Source: Cirrosporium novae-zelandiae (Eukaryota). From it: a DNA stretch of 64,000 nt. A program made the translations under genes and the position numbers. The notes under the pieces are model-generated. The model was given only the letters and a program-made list of their open reading frames with translations. It had not been told where the DNA came from and made no database searches. Of the stretch, positions 49,571 through 63,408 are shown piece after piece; the stretch's first letter is position 1; every line of letters starts with the position of its first letter. Location of the stretch: NCBI GenBank assembly GCA_026023565.1, contig JAPETS010000002.1:248001-312000 (forward strand), in the 5' to 3' direction.

Positions 49571-50823
49571 TTATGATGTTAAACTGTGGCCAAGGGATAG
49601 ATATCCTCCTGCCGCTATTATCAGGCCATCCTGAAGACATTTCCAATCAAAACTGGTCCTAATCCTATTCAAAAAGGCATGACCCCCCCTCTGCAGGATA
49701 TTCTGGGGCATATTTTCCAAATAGTTCCGTTAGGGGCTTCTCATACCAACCCTCTCGAATCAACTGGGCTTCAATCTCTTTCCAGTACTTGAGTTTATCT
49801 CCAGTTGGTTGTTTCAAGTCCAAATCACCTAAACGGGCTTCTATTTGACCTGCCCCTGGTGGAGGTATCTTGAGACAATGTTAGTCAGGCCATAAACCAG
49901 GGATGGCTGCGAAAATATAGGGAAAAACATACCTTTATGAACAAACTGCAATCCCTCAACGTCATGGCCGTCAAGAACTCTGGTGTAATCTCGTCCATCT
50001 GAAAAATTCCTTGATTATCAAATTTCTGCTGCAACCTCTTCATAAGGGGCAAAATTGGACTGTCCAGCAAAAATCGAAGAATTCTTTGTTGTAACCATTT
50101 GGGCTGATGTGGTGCAATAAGATCCGTGACTTGTTCCACAACGCTCTCATCGCTAGACATCAGGTCCAGCGGACAAAATCCACCGGCTTCTGGTTTCTTT
50201 CCTCTAGAAAGCCTCTCAAAGTCACGCATCTTCTTTAGGGCACATGTTCGGCAGCGAACGGCCTTTTTAGGTGCTGATGGTGATTGTGCTAGCCACTTTG
50301 GCTTGAAACTGATCATGATTTCCCCATCGATAGTTGGCGTCATGTCCGTTATTAACAGACCAAACTCATCGTTTTCGAAATGGTAGACATTATGACGTTT
50401 CTCTTTTCGCTTACCAGTCTTTTCCATTATCTGCAATAGGGAATTGCAGCTGGAGGTGAGATGTGGAGGTAATCTGACAAGTTCCTGTTCCACAAGGTCT
50501 TCCTTAGGAAAGAGCGGCTTGATGTACTCTTCAAATCGCGCGAAGCACACCTCTGGTGGTATTGTAGATGGGATCATCTTTCGCAAGCGGAGTAATTTGC
50601 CCTTGAAAGGGTTGGTAGGTTCCTTTAGATAGCTTGTGGAAGGTGTGCTCGTAATTGAGGCATCGAGCATTGGAACATCGCCGTCAAGAAGGCTATCCAG
50701 CTGTTCTTCTGGGGGTTTCTTGGCATCAGCTGGAACATGGATGAAGTAAACGACGTTGGCAGCTCCTTCATCGAGGAATTGGACACTCGTCTCCCCTGGT
50801 ATCTGGGCGAGTTGTTTCTGCAT
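49571..50823 (-). CDS. IPK1: Inositol-pentakisphosphate 2-kinase; 2 exons, intron 49869-49932
   Basis: EGAANVV, LLRLRK, FKPKWLAQSPSAP...RCRTCA, FCPLDL and AMTLRDCSLFIK; after splicing, ARLGDLDLK...KLKYWKEIE. Confidence 0.9.
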
Positions 50824-53753
50824 GGTGGTAAATGATATGTGCTGACCGTCCAACGGATAGAAAAAAGGAATAGAAATATTGAGATAGGACTTAAAACGAA
50901 AGAGTGATAGCAAGTTTAGCTAATGTCCAGGCTCCAGCCGGAGAATAGCAATGAGTCACCCGATATCAAATCAAAAGAGATCAGACCAGTAATTCTATGT
51001 GAGAGAGTCCTATATTTCAGAATTGAAAGGATTCAAGCTCCATGCAAGGGGCGAATAGTCTTTGGATCGTGGGTTCACTTGTTGGTTATAAGCTTTTAGA
51101 CTAGGGCAAGCAGCCTCGCTAACGAAGAAGCAGAGCGAATCACAAAGGTGAAAAAAAATAGATTATCCTTGTTGTCAGTAATATCTTAGGACGACAAGTC
51201 AGACAACAAACCTCCCACAAGATCTCTTGGAAAGAAAATCGAAATAAGCACTCGCGGCATTATGAGGGAAGATATCAGCTCTAAGGGAAGGAATATCAAC
51301 CATGTGATTTTGATATGCAAAATCGTTAGGCTGAGAGAGGGGTGGAGGGGAATTGGAGGGGGAGGGGTAACCAATATACCAAATACTATTGGGCGGAATC
51401 TTAAAAGCTTTTAGCTAATGTAAAATATATTGCCATAATCAAGTTACTAATTATTTAGATATCCTTGGAACCAATACAAATGCTGACATCTGCCTAATTA
51501 AAGACATCCGCGACAGTACTTGAAGATAGCGTGTCTTTACCCGTAAGAGGATTTTTTTTTCTAATAATGAAGAGGAAGAGATTAGATAGTCTAGCTAGTG
51601 CTTTAGCTAGATCTATCATAAACCTTCTGGAGAAGAGAACAATGCCCTAAAATAACCTCCTTTCGACAGCCCTTTCCATGATCTGAGTTTCTGAGTACTA
51701 CCTTAGATGTAGTATGTAAATCCACGATAATAGAAGGATCAGACCGTGATACGATGTGAAGCAGTGCGCGCTTACTGGACTGTGATGATTGGATCAATAT
51801 TAACCGAAACCAGACAGAAGGTGTTTGAAGGAGTAGAGCTGGGGTACCGCTAATTTAAACGTAAAGAGGACTTATCAATTGAGAAAAGTACATAGGCCCA
51901 AGTGTTTGAGCTTTTGCGAACCCCCGGGAATAGTCTTGCCTTCCCCTAGTTTTCCCAAAGAACAGTCTTTCAGGAAAACCTCCAATCGACCTTCTAGGTC
52001 TCATTTTAGTTGGAAAAAATTAAGTGCGTCAGGAGTTACCTACTTCCCAGGGATGAGCAGGATAGGAAGCTTACTATATAAACGAAGGGAACCCATAGTA
52101 AGATCCTTTTTAGTCTAGCTACAACATATAGCCAAATGCCTTACTTCACCTAACGCTCTTATAAACTGTTGAATGATGTCTTTTGGTAAACCACAGCTAG
52201 AATGGTTTAACAGAATAGTGATTTCGCTTGTATCAGTATTTTGGAATGGTGGGCTTTTGTAGGTCCATACACATGAAAATGTGGGGGATAGTTGCATCGA
52301 GCCCCCCCCTAAAATGTCATAATGGCTCGGATCACCTGTGTAATTCAGGAGGCCCAACGACTCCTTCTCCTCTGGTAGAGAGAATTTATCATAGATATCT
52401 GTAAAATCTTGATGTGGTTCAATATCATACTTGTCGCGGAGCTCACCTCAAATAGACTAATGAGATTCTAGCACAAGCACACTAACTGGAATGAACTGGT
52501 TTAGTCTAATTCAATATAAGGTTGATCTGCATACTCAGATGGAATGTCATAGTTGTATTTATCTATGTTTCGTTAGCAGCAACGGAGAAAAGAAAGATAA
52601 TATAGTCATCTTTGAAATAATTTCGGACTGATATCCACTCGTTGTTCAAAACTTAAAGTTTCCTGGGTTCCCTTTGGTAATAGCTGCGATGTAGGAGTGC
52701 AAGTCGGATTTGAGGTGCTTCTATCAGGAGCAGTTATTTTGTGAGCTCGCTGCCCTTGCAGGCGTTTAGTAAGCTTCTGTTGATCGAATCTAATCAGGCT
52801 TCGGAGGAAATGGTCGATGAACTCAGCAGCAGTGACAGATGGTGTGATCTCTTCATACATGGCCCTAATATACAGGTAATCTTCGACTCTAAAACTTGCG
52901 TTTTGATGATAAAGTCTTTATGAACTTCCAGACTGTCCCTTTTTGAATTAATGGTGTTAAATTGATAAATACGATAGCCACATCTAAGGAAGTGTAGATC
53001 TATCGAGACATTGCGCCTTAGAATAGGGGCTAAAAAAGTAACTCAATCGTTCTCCTGATCCCATGACATGGTAGAAAATCTATTAAATTAGAGGTGTATC
53101 CATTAGTTGATAAGCACGGTGCATATAAATGCAGTTAACAGACCGGTGTTATTAGCACCACCGGCAGCATCGTGTCCTCTGAACTTCTCGTTAGAACCTA
53201 GTTTGGAGATGCTTGACCACCACTTCTCTGGGGCACTCCCCAGTTTTCCGAAGACTTTGATAGCAGATGCGGAGAACTTCGTACTTCTGATGCACGGAAA
53301 GTCTAGTCGTTTGTTCTTGAAGTTCATGTTTTGATTTTGAATATATATGGCCAAGGATTTCCTGCCCACAACCCCTGGGGGCCTCCAAAAACCAAGTTCA
53401 AAGGGCAATTCTTTTCTGTTTATCGGGTTTTCCCGGCGTAGGTAGCTGTTAGGTTCTAGGAGAGGACTCCATTGAAAAGTAGGCAGAATGAGTGGCCTGT
53501 GATTAGGGGCTGAACTTTGCGAATACTAGATCTCCAAATTAAAAATCAAGACTTTATGTTGGTAGTAAATCGCACAGGTGAAAATATCGAGGAAATTATG
53601 GCTTTTATATTACCCGTAAGCCATACACTTACCATTAGAAACGATGAAAAAAACAATGGCCATGCCTCTTTGCTAAGATATCCCAGCCAAAACCCAGAAA
53701 GCACAATATTAGAGTACGCACGTTGAATTTGAGTTCTTTTATTATTGATTGTT

Positions 53754-55739
53754 TTATCGCCTCCCCTTTGCATTGAACGTCTTCAAAGGATCTGTCTTCT
53801 TCTTAATACCGCCCCTTCCCTTGCCTTTTATGCGATTATGTGCGCGCGCTCGCCTGATCCGATTTTCACTAGTCTTCCTAATACCAACATAACCCACATC
53901 CTTCTTGACTAGACCATTTCCTCCATTGCTTGGCAACAAGTAATCTGGTACATGCTTCATATGCGGTTGGATCCTTGCAGCTCGTAGCTCGCCATCATGC
54001 CTGAGATGATGCAGGTCTTCAGGGTTCTCTTCAAAATATTGCTTTAACTTTTCACTTTTCAGGATTTCTTGTCTGAGTTCTCGAGTTCGCGCTGCTTGTA
54101 TTGCAGTGCTAGTTACTGCCCGGAGAGCATCATCTATCCTGTATTCAAATGCCTTTGCCTGTTCCATGTCAATTTGATAAGGTTCGACCTTCCTTCCTTT
54201 CTTTGATTGGTGTTTGGTTATTTTAGCCAAAACTACTTCATCATTCTTCGTCGACGGAACACTAGTTGGCGGATGTCTGCGATATTCCTTCACTGGAATA
54301 ACAAAGGACAAAGCTATGCCAGTCTTTCCAGCACGAGCTGTCCTTCCGATCCTATGCGTATAAGATTTTGAAGTGGTTGGTAGGTCAAAGTTAAGGACAC
54401 ATGCAACATTCTGGAAATCAATTCCTCGCGATAACCCATACTCCTTGTCTTGCTTTGTTGCCTTTTTCTTCTTCCTTGGCGGCATTTGTATGTTTTTGCT
54501 TTCACTGTCTGATCCCACTTCACCATTTTCTATCTCCATCGCTTTGCTTTCCTCGCTTTTTTTGATTTTCAACTTCTGGGAGTCCTTCATACTGTTTGAA
54601 GTTTTGGTTGCTTTATTTTCTCTGGTGAGATCCGCCCCTCCACGAATAGCTTCATGCTCGTCAGACGCGATGATAATGTCATATATATTCTTATTGAATT
54701 CCTCCACAACATGTACCCGGGTATTGATAGGAAGCTCAGAGTTTAGAACACAGCTCTTGATCCCAAATTGCTCTAGGTAAAGCTTTAAGCGATAGCACCG
54801 GTCAATGTTCTGAACAAAAATGATAAATTTTCCTTGTATAAGCTTGAGCCTCAATATCAGGAACAGAAGCAGGAATTTCTCCTTTTCTGCACATTTGATG
54901 ATGTATTGTAAGACCTCTCCTTCATCATCCCTTTCATCCACTTCCGCGACGGCTGGATCCTGGCAGAATAATCCCTTCAAGGTGTCAATGTTTGTCGTAA
55001 GGGTGGCGCTAACCAGAAAGCTTTGCACGCCTTTTGGTATTGAAGTCGCAATGCTTCGAAGATCATCCTCATACTCAAATTCTAAAACATTATCGGCCTC
55101 ATCTATCACCAAATGGGCTAGGTGCTCAAGTGAAAGTGCGGAAGAGTTAATATTGTTGGAAACCCCAGTTGGTGTTGCAATAACCACGTCAGGGCAGTCA
55201 GCAAGGAGTGCACGGGCGGCATTCGGTGTCTTCAACAGGTTCACAACTCGGATATCCTTGCCACAGAATGATGAAAAGGTAGAGATAACTTTATAGACCT
55301 GTTCAGCTAGATCTTTCGTCGGGACGAGTACAAGGGCGGATATCTGCTTGAGCGCCGAGGATGTCTTTATTATAGATGTCAGCGAGGGTTGGGATAGCTG
55401 GGAGGGTTCTTCTTACAGCTTTGCGCCTAAGAATGGAGTTAAGAATTGGAAGTACATAGGCAGCTGTTTTTCCAGATCCTGTTCTTGCACGAGCTATGCT
55501 ACATTTAGTAATGTAAGGACCCTTGGAGGAAAGCAAGATGTACCTAGAATATCCTTTCCTTCTAATGCTAGCGGAACCACCAACGATTGTACTGGTGTCG
55601 GCTTTGAGTATTTTTCATGTTTGATAGCTTGTAGTAGTCGTGGATCGAGGCCGAACGATGGAAATCCGGAAGTTTTCTCGGGTTGCGATTTTATTGCTTC
55701 TTGAGAGGCATCTTCTCGGTCGACAAGCTTGCGTTTCAT
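53754..55739 (-). CDS. DBP9: DEAD-box RNA helicase Dbp9/DDX56; 3 exons, introns 55494-55543 and 55365-55416
   Basis: Q motif FGLDPRLL...PTPVQ, ARTGSGKT, DEAD, SAT, LNSELPINTRVH, SRGIDF, HRIGRTARAG and the Dbp9-type tail HMKHVPDYLLP...DPLKTF. Confidence 0.95.
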
Positions 55740-56332
55740 GTTCGATTATATATTATAGTAGTTATTTAGTGGGTGGTGTTGATGAGGTTCGGTTTTAGAG
55801 AAAAAAAGTTGAATGTCAGTTACAAGAATAATTGCACTTCGCGAAAAGTCTCCATTTCAACTGATAGGCCCTTCGAACCGAGGCTAGTCTTGGCGTCTCA
55901 ACAACGTCGTCAACGCCTAACCTTTGACTTATCACCAACGTTAAACAAAACACCAAAGAATTGGTAATTGACCAGTTCTACCAACCTTTAAAATTTCTGT
56001 ACTACGCTGCTACTTTTCGGTTTCACCTTGTCCCAAATATTGAATTTTATCATTTCATGACGAATAAATCAATTTACAAATTCAATACAGTCATTCAATT
56101 GCCGTTAAATGTCACGCAAGATCAAATCGCTATTAAGACTGGGGCAGAGCATATCCATGAATAATCACGAAGAGAGATAACATTTAAGATTGCCAAAACA
56201 TCAGGGGATAATTCTGCTTGGAGCAGACGTTTCATGTGTAATATTCCACGAGGTTTCAAAGAAGCCTCCTAAACGTATAGGGATAAATAAGAGACGGAAG
56301 GAATTCATATTCCATGCTCAAATGAGAAGGAA

Positions 56333-57804
56333 TCAAGAAGCGACAGTGTAGTTCCAATAACTGACGAGTTTTGGCATGGACATTTCGTTCACTTTTCCAA
56401 CGTTCGCAACTTTGACGTTGTGTTCAATGGTATAGACCTTGCCAAAATTAAGTCTCGACATCCTGTCAAGTTTCTGTTCGGGACCGGCTGCTCTGACTTG
56501 AATAGGCTCTTTGGTCATCTGGGTTTCATCTTGACGTCTTTGAGGTGGCTGATCTTCCATATGAATTATTGCATGTAATTCTGGGTTGAGACCTGGTTTC
56601 AGTGTTCCTTGGCCCCCATATGTGCTGATAGGCCTATTAAAATTAGCTTCTCCTCGAGCATTGGACTTTTCATTTCTTACAAACACCAGCAGCAGCCTTC
56701 TCCTTCACGGACAACTACCATACGCCTTATGGAGCTATAGACTGGCTCACCATATGGAGCCAACTGAAAGCTCTTCGTACTCCATTCACTTCCGTTCGGT
56801 CCATGACCCGGACGACTGTTATCGCCCCTATTCTCATGCCAGAGAACTGCAAAGACCTATCAACATCTGTTAATATTTGGAACAGCGCTAATAACTAGGT
56901 AGGTACCGACCCTTCCGAGCTTGAAGAATTTCTTCGGACTAGGGCGCTTATAATAATCTTATTCCCATTTAGCACGGATGATACTGGAGTAAAACTAACT
57001 AGCCACTTACTTGGGTCCAGCTTTTCCTTCTCCCTTTTTGTACCTTGAATTAGCGGCCCTTGCTCTAAGTTTAGGGGGGTTGGTCCTCCCTGCTGGAGAA
57101 CCGAATTTTCATCCACGGGAGTCATTAGTTTTCTAACTTTAGACGTTCGAGGCGGGCGTCGAGGCTGTTTTCCCTTGGCAGAACTTGACGCTTCTTGATT
57201 TTGATAGGGATCTTCATCTGCCCCACCGTCAGGGAACTCGCTAGCATAATTAGGCATCTCTGTTGCGTAAGATATGTTAGACGCTGCCTGATTTCCAAGT
57301 AGCGGGTTGTAATTACGATCTTGAGCTTGAGATCCCGATTGATATTCCGAAGGCTGAGCTTCAGCATATCGTGATTTTTCTTCCTTGGGCGACCTTCCGG
57401 AAGCATGATGACTGTGTTTGCCCTTGGAAGAACTGCCTCCCTGAAGACTATAACGGGGTTCCCCTGTATCTGGAGCTTGGATACTCAAATTTTGCAAGTT
57501 GTCAGCCAGGGTTGGCACTTGGTCAGGACTGAGATTGCCTGGATTGGGGGTCCGAGGTACGCTATTGTACCAGATGTCAGCTTTCAACTTCAAATTTTCA
57601 ATGTTGCGGCAACAGTACTTTAAGTCTTCCGGGGATGTTTTAATGATGACTCCATCTTGATAATGTCGAACGGGTTGCCCTACGGTAAGTCTAAGGTCAC
57701 CATAAGCCAGCCAGTATGGTTTTTATGATCTTACCATTTATGATCTCAATGAAATAATATACTTGACGCTGCTCACACAAATACCAAGCATCACTGTCTG
57801 CCAT
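56333..57804 (-). CDS. Multi-exon protein with a disordered N-terminus and a C-terminal DUF6590-like domain
   Basis: Introns include 57680-57734, 57562-57618 and 56634-56680, plus two near 56.87-57.01 kb. The spliced C-terminus reads KFFKLGRVFAVLWHE...IRRMVVVREGEGCCWCLPISTYGGQG...SRLNFGKVYTIEHNVKVANVG. The family name is from recall. Confidence 0.75.
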
Positions 57805-58577
57805 GGTGAATTAACTAAATGGCTCAAAACATAGACTGTAAAGCATCGGGGGTTTTACCATAATTCTCGGTCCTTGCAAATTCCAGACCAGTTAAATAAA
57901 CCGACTGCCAAGTTGAGGCTCTTGCTTTGTCCCCATACTCTTCCACCTTTTCAGATGCATAATGCTAATGTCAATATTGGAGGGTTATCTTGATAGTCGT
58001 TCTAGCTTCTCCACATTTTACCGAAATCGAGGTGAGTGGTTCCTTGTCTGCAATATATGACCTGAATGGATTAGTACAAAATACTTGCTGCTTTTAGTGT
58101 AACATCCTGGTTGCATTAAGTGCCGACCCGACCTACTGTACAGTATGCATGCCACGCCATCTGGCCTAATGTGGTCCCGATCATTCAATCAGGTGCAATG
58201 TTATTCTCAGACGCGTGTTGATAAAATCTAAGGAACAATAATGTTGAAGATCAGCTTCCTTCGACTATGAACTTGATTTCAAATTTAATTTCCTTATTCT
58301 ATGGCGACGGCGGCAGAGACTAAATATCATCCTACAGATCAGTGGGACCAAGGGTCTACGTGAATACAGGTTGCAAACATTATTTTACGAGGCTGATTGC
58401 TAGATCAGATCCAATTTAACCAACGGAGAAATTGATTCTCCTTCCCAACAACAATCATCATCCTTTTATTCATCATCAATCGAATTCCAACAGCCAACGG
58501 AACATGACCTCGATAGAAGCACAGAGGGTTCATACCCTGAAGAAAGCTATCTGTCATCCAAAATTTCATCATACCCC

Positions 58578-59924
58578 ATGCAGATAGAGACGCCTTTTCC
58601 GAGTTCTATGCGATCAATCTCGAGCAGCAGCATGTTCTTTTCTCAACATGGGAGTACATCATCGGGACGAGGTAGTAGTGTCCCCTCTGTCGTTCCATGG
58701 ACACTCGAGGATCAAAATACTAGCGCCGATGATAGTGAAATCCAAGAGCAAAAACAGCACAAATCGAATCTTATCCGGGCCAGGAAACGCGTGGAAGACT
58801 TACGAAGTCAGACCTTGCAGGCCCGTCTCAAGGTGCGCGAAGTAAGGACAAGCTTACGGCGGAAAAGAGAGCTGGTGGCCCAGGCTGATATAGCCCTTCT
58901 ACAAGTGCTCAAGGCATTTTCAGTATCAGCAGATTCGTGGAGCTGGAGTTCGTCCAACTTGCCCCATCTAGTCGAACAAAGTCAAGAAACCCACGATGCA
59001 TACCTCGAGGAAGAAAATCTCTACAACGACCTGGAAAACCAGCTAGACCGAGATGATTTCAAGCTCGATCAAGCCGAAAAGCATTTCTATCAGAAATATG
59101 CAGAACTACTATCTAATATTGCAAACCATCGAAGCGTTCCCGAAAATGTCCCGTATGATTCCTATTCTGTCTCCACCAGTACCGTTGACGACTATCGCCG
59201 ACGTGAACCACCAGTTGTCAAATATCTCTCGCGAGTAGGGGATGAAACCATCGTAATGGAGCAGATTATGGACCTTCGTAAAGACCGTGCGGAACACGTA
59301 GCACGAGAAAGACGATGGGACGTTTACAATATTCCATCAAATCAAACAACCGCCACCTTTCTAGATGATTTTGACCGTCGACACAAGCATTTGCAAGATG
59401 AGCTCTCAATAATCGGAGCAGATGTGCGGCGCCTAAGGAGTGCGGCTACTGACCCCCTCCTGGTTCACCTAGGTGGGGCATTCGATCCGTCGGACCTGGA
59501 AGCTGACGAGCCATTGCCGAACCCGGATGAACTCAAAAGGCATTCTCTCTTACTACCGATGGAGGACACCAATTTCGTATTCGTCCACCCCCAAAGAGAA
59601 AGCCCTCATTCCAAAACCACGTCCTTCCGCAATGATTGGTTTCTCCACCTCCTACGAACATCCTCTTTGGAAATAGTGGTGTATAAAAGTTTCCTGGACC
59701 CAGCACAACTTGAATTAGAGGACCAGGCTCTGACTCATCTAGTCTTGACCTACTGGAACAAGGAGGATATTTTAGAAGGAGGAAAGACAGGCTCGCATTC
59801 CTACTCCGTCCCGGACAGCGATGAAAGCATAGGCTTCTTTCCCGAGCAGGTAATTCGCTCTCGCCCTCGTTCTCGAGGGCGACTGGATCCATCATCACTA
59901 CATAGAAGACATTCCTGGAATTAA
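58578..59924 (+). CDS. Hypothetical coiled-coil protein (a further upstream exon is possible)
   Basis: 448-aa ORF with heptad-like helical segments and YLSRVGDETIVMEQIMDL. No function recognised. Confidence 0.7.
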   Translation: MQIETPFPSSMRSISSSSMFFSQHGSTSSGRGSSVPSVVPWTLEDQNTSADDSEIQEQKQHKSNLIRARKRVEDLRSQTLQARLKVREVRTSLRRKRELVAQADIALLQVLKAFSVSADSWSWSSSNLPHLVEQSQETHDAYLEEENLYNDLENQLDRDDFKLDQAEKHFYQKYAELLSNIANHRSVPENVPYDSYSVSTSTVDDYRRREPPVVKYLSRVGDETIVMEQIMDLRKDRAEHVARERRWDVYNIPSNQTTATFLDDFDRRHKHLQDELSIIGADVRRLRSAATDPLLVHLGGAFDPSDLEADEPLPNPDELKRHSLLLPMEDTNFVFVHPQRESPHSKTTSFRNDWFLHLLRTSSLEIVVYKSFLDPAQLELEDQALTHLVLTYWNKEDILEGGKTGSHSYSVPDSDESIGFFPEQVIRSRPRSRGRLDPSSLHRRHSWN

Positions 59925-62419
59925 GGTGTCTCAACCTATCTACGGTACCTTCATTTTCCTTTGGTCCTCATCCAATATCAACCCCATACCACACCGTCAA
60001 ATTGCAGCCCTCCATATCATCATGTGTGAATTGCTACCCCGTTAGGCCACCTCTTAAAGCGGCAAGCTTGTTAGCCTATCCCAAACGTCCAGCGCCCACT
60101 AACTTACAGGGATACCTGCAGGTAATCGGTCACCTGGCCCACCTATTTCAAAGCTGTTTTATTTTATATCGTTTATTCGACCAGTAGACTTTTAGAATTA
60201 TTGATTTTTGTTGCATGCCTTTTTGGAGGAAGTAGGAAGCGGAGTAAACGAGTCCACGACAATTGTGCCTCCACGTTTGACTGGAATTATGGACGGGAAT
60301 AGAGAGGGGGCCAAACTCTGATGGGGATATTCTTTATTAAGCAAGAAAATTTATGAAAAAATACCACTTAGCTATTGGTGATTTAGATTTTTACTATCAT
60401 AAAAAGAAAATTCGAAGACAAGACACCCTCCAAGCTATCGAAACATGCCAGATCGTACTTTAGTAGATAATCTGACTTGAACCGAACCGAAACCGTGGCT
60501 TGAAAAGTTGTTGAACCCGGCGTGGCGGGACACCCACGGCAAGCCCCACTTCCACGGGCCGGCCTTTAGTTCATCTCTAGTGCCAAGCTTTAAGTAGATT
60601 ACGGTAACCCCCGCTGTTCTGCAAAACTCAAAATGCTTAATGGGACATTAATCCTGCGTGTATAATAAACGTTCCTGGAACCTGAATAATAAATATTCGA
60701 GCTGGTTGTGAGGGGTTTGTAGTTTATGAAATCTGGGGGAAAGTTTTTAAAGCAAACTTTTGGAATGTTCCAATTTGGTTGTATTTTTTCAGCTTTCATG
60801 CTGCCCGGGTATCCTACTTATTGGGGTAGGTAACACACACGAGTTTCGCGAAAAAAAACTGTGGCGTCCTCGAATCGTTTGATGTAGAATATAATATCGA
60901 ATCGCTCGTATCCGGTAACTGATAGCTTTTTAATTACGGCTAAGCTATGTGATAAGCTCTCTCTCTTTCCTTTCCTACTCCTTCCTTACTCGCCCGATAT
61001 CAAGTTTCAAAAAAACCGTTCTTCAAAAGTCTTTAAGGCTCTCTCGGATGAGAGAGAGAGAGACAGCCTCGTTCTTTCGGAGTTGCCTTTTTTAGCATCC
61101 GAGCTGTGGTCTCCTTTTCTTCCAAGGGTCCATCCTCAGCACTGCAGTTATCGCCGTTGGCTTCCGAAACAAATTTTCTTTTTCTTTAAGAATCCTGTTT
61201 AACAGAATTCCAAAAAAATGATCGGCAGTCACATTGCTTCCGGGCCGGGTTTCCTATTATTTCATGGATTTCCTTGGATTATCGGCCCTATATGTTTGTG
61301 TTTTGTTGTACCGCGCGCGCCTAGCCTTTTCACAATCGTCAAGCAAAAATGTGATTGACCCTTTTTTTGAAGGATTCCGGATTCGAAATTTTTTTTAAGG
61401 CGAACCCAAGACACAGTCACACGGGAAAGACAAATAATATAAAAATAGTGTACGTACCAACAAAAAAGGTAAGGCAATCACAAATCAAACATCAAGGAAG
61501 AATGTAGACGCTAAACCAGTAAGAGGAAGACGCAATCCCCACCCACAACCCAGCTAATGCCAAATAAAAATACGTCAGTGAACTACCGACGTCCCAGGCC
61601 AGCTCTTAGTGCTTACAAAAGCAACAGTTGACTGGCCTCACCTACTGTCCTAACTTGCGTTTGCTCGTCGAAGCTAAAGGCACCGAGATCTCCCAGTACT
61701 CTGGATTAGCTTGATTTCAATTTTTCATACCGTAGCTACCCGAAAGATAGCTAAACCCTCAATCCCTGCTCGATCGCGCTAGTAATCCTTTTTCTTTGCA
61801 CATTTGAAATTTTTTCTATGATAGAGATGAATGCTGGTTCGCAGGTTTTTTTTCCTTTCATAGATTTGCAAAAGTAAGCTTCCTATGCAGTCTCGTTTCA
61901 TGTCAGATCAGCGAGCGACAATGGGGAGAGAAGTGGGGTAGGGAGGCGCATCATCATAATCATCATCATTATCATGCTAGCCGTCCCAAACCGTTTGAGG
62001 AGGATCGTTGTATGTTGTATCCATACGATCTAGTTGGTTCCCCTGTGTATAGGGGGTCGGGGGGAAGAGGGTTCCTATCTCACAGAATTCAGCTCCGTCC
62101 TGTCCATCATTCAATCAAAGAGAAAAGCCATCAACATAAAAAAAAGCCTCCGTAACTCCTCCCTAACCACCTATAAAATTCCTACTATGATGACGCATAG
62201 TCCCCCCTCCCCTTCCCCCTATTCAATAAAATAAGCCTTGGCAGGGTTGGAGCCTAAATCACAAGAAGTTTTCTAGAAACGTGGCGGCTAAATGGGGGTG
62301 TGGAAAGATGGGGGTCAAGAGGAAGGGGGTTAGGTTGGGTTAGGTTGGGCCTGCCTTGCCTGGTGTGGACCAAAAATTTTCCTTACGGCTTTATCGGCCG
62401 GCAAAGGCAAGGGCAGCGT

Positions 62420-62442
62420 TGTGTGTGTGTGTGTGTGTGTGT
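62420..62442 (+). repeat. (GT)n microsatellite
   Basis: Read directly from the sequence. Confidence 0.9.
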
Positions 62443-63408
62443 ATGGGTTCGCTAATGGCGAACCGCGAAATTTTAAAAACTGGCAGCAATGCATTAGATA
62501 TCTATCTGTAATCTATCGGTATGGTATTGTTGTATAACCACATTACGGAGGATGTAATGGGGAGTATTATTTCAATATTTCATTATAGTTAAGCCTTAGC
62601 TTAATTACGGTACCCCACGATTGATGTGTGATCTGTCTGTCTGTCTGCTGATACTGAAAATTAAGTGTGCATCGAGATAGATAAGCATGTGTTGATATTA
62701 GCAAGGGTGGTGTGTTTGGGGAAGTCGACACCGCTATCTATTATCCTATTATCTACTGAAATAAACACGCCACCACCTACCACCATAGAGGTTTCCGCCT
62801 ATTTGAAAACCGCTAGTGAATTACTCGTGTTAGGATGGGACTGGTTGAGTATACTAGAATAATTTTCTTGTAACAAGAATGGGTTCAAAGAAATACCCCT
62901 TGATCATGGTTCTAGAAAACGCTGTAATGTGTGTTGTAAATTATATATAGCGAATGATATGGGAGCGGGATCCTTTGTACGAACAATTCTGCTACAGATT
63001 CGTTGTTCCATTCGTCTAGTGGGATTGTCCATATAAAGCCCAAGAAAATAAAATAGTGGATTTCCATAGCCTTCTAAAATACGCCTGCCAATTAGCCACC
63101 GATGACTTTACACCAACACATTAACACATTGTAATCAAGTCAGAAGAGATTAGAAGAGGCGTGTGAATCTAACAGGTAGACCGGAATGTTGATTAGGCAT
63201 GAATCGGTATCATGCTTCGAAAAAGTGGAACGCAAGATAGTGGACTTGATGGGATTAATGACTTCTTCGAGCAGCTCCAACGAACACAAAGTTGAGTCGA
63301 TTACACACTTTTTGTTCCAGGGGTAATAGCCGAACCTATATTGTTGTTGAAAGGTCAACCAGTCCATATAGTATCGTAGAGAGAAGAAGGATTGTAGTAC
63401 ATAGGTCT

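Noticed and set aside
60000..63100. snRNA, 5S rRNA or transposon in the gene-free interval
   Set aside because: I recognised no U-snRNA or 5S signature, transposase or reverse-transcriptase motif, or terminal repeats; only small hairpins and microsatellites.
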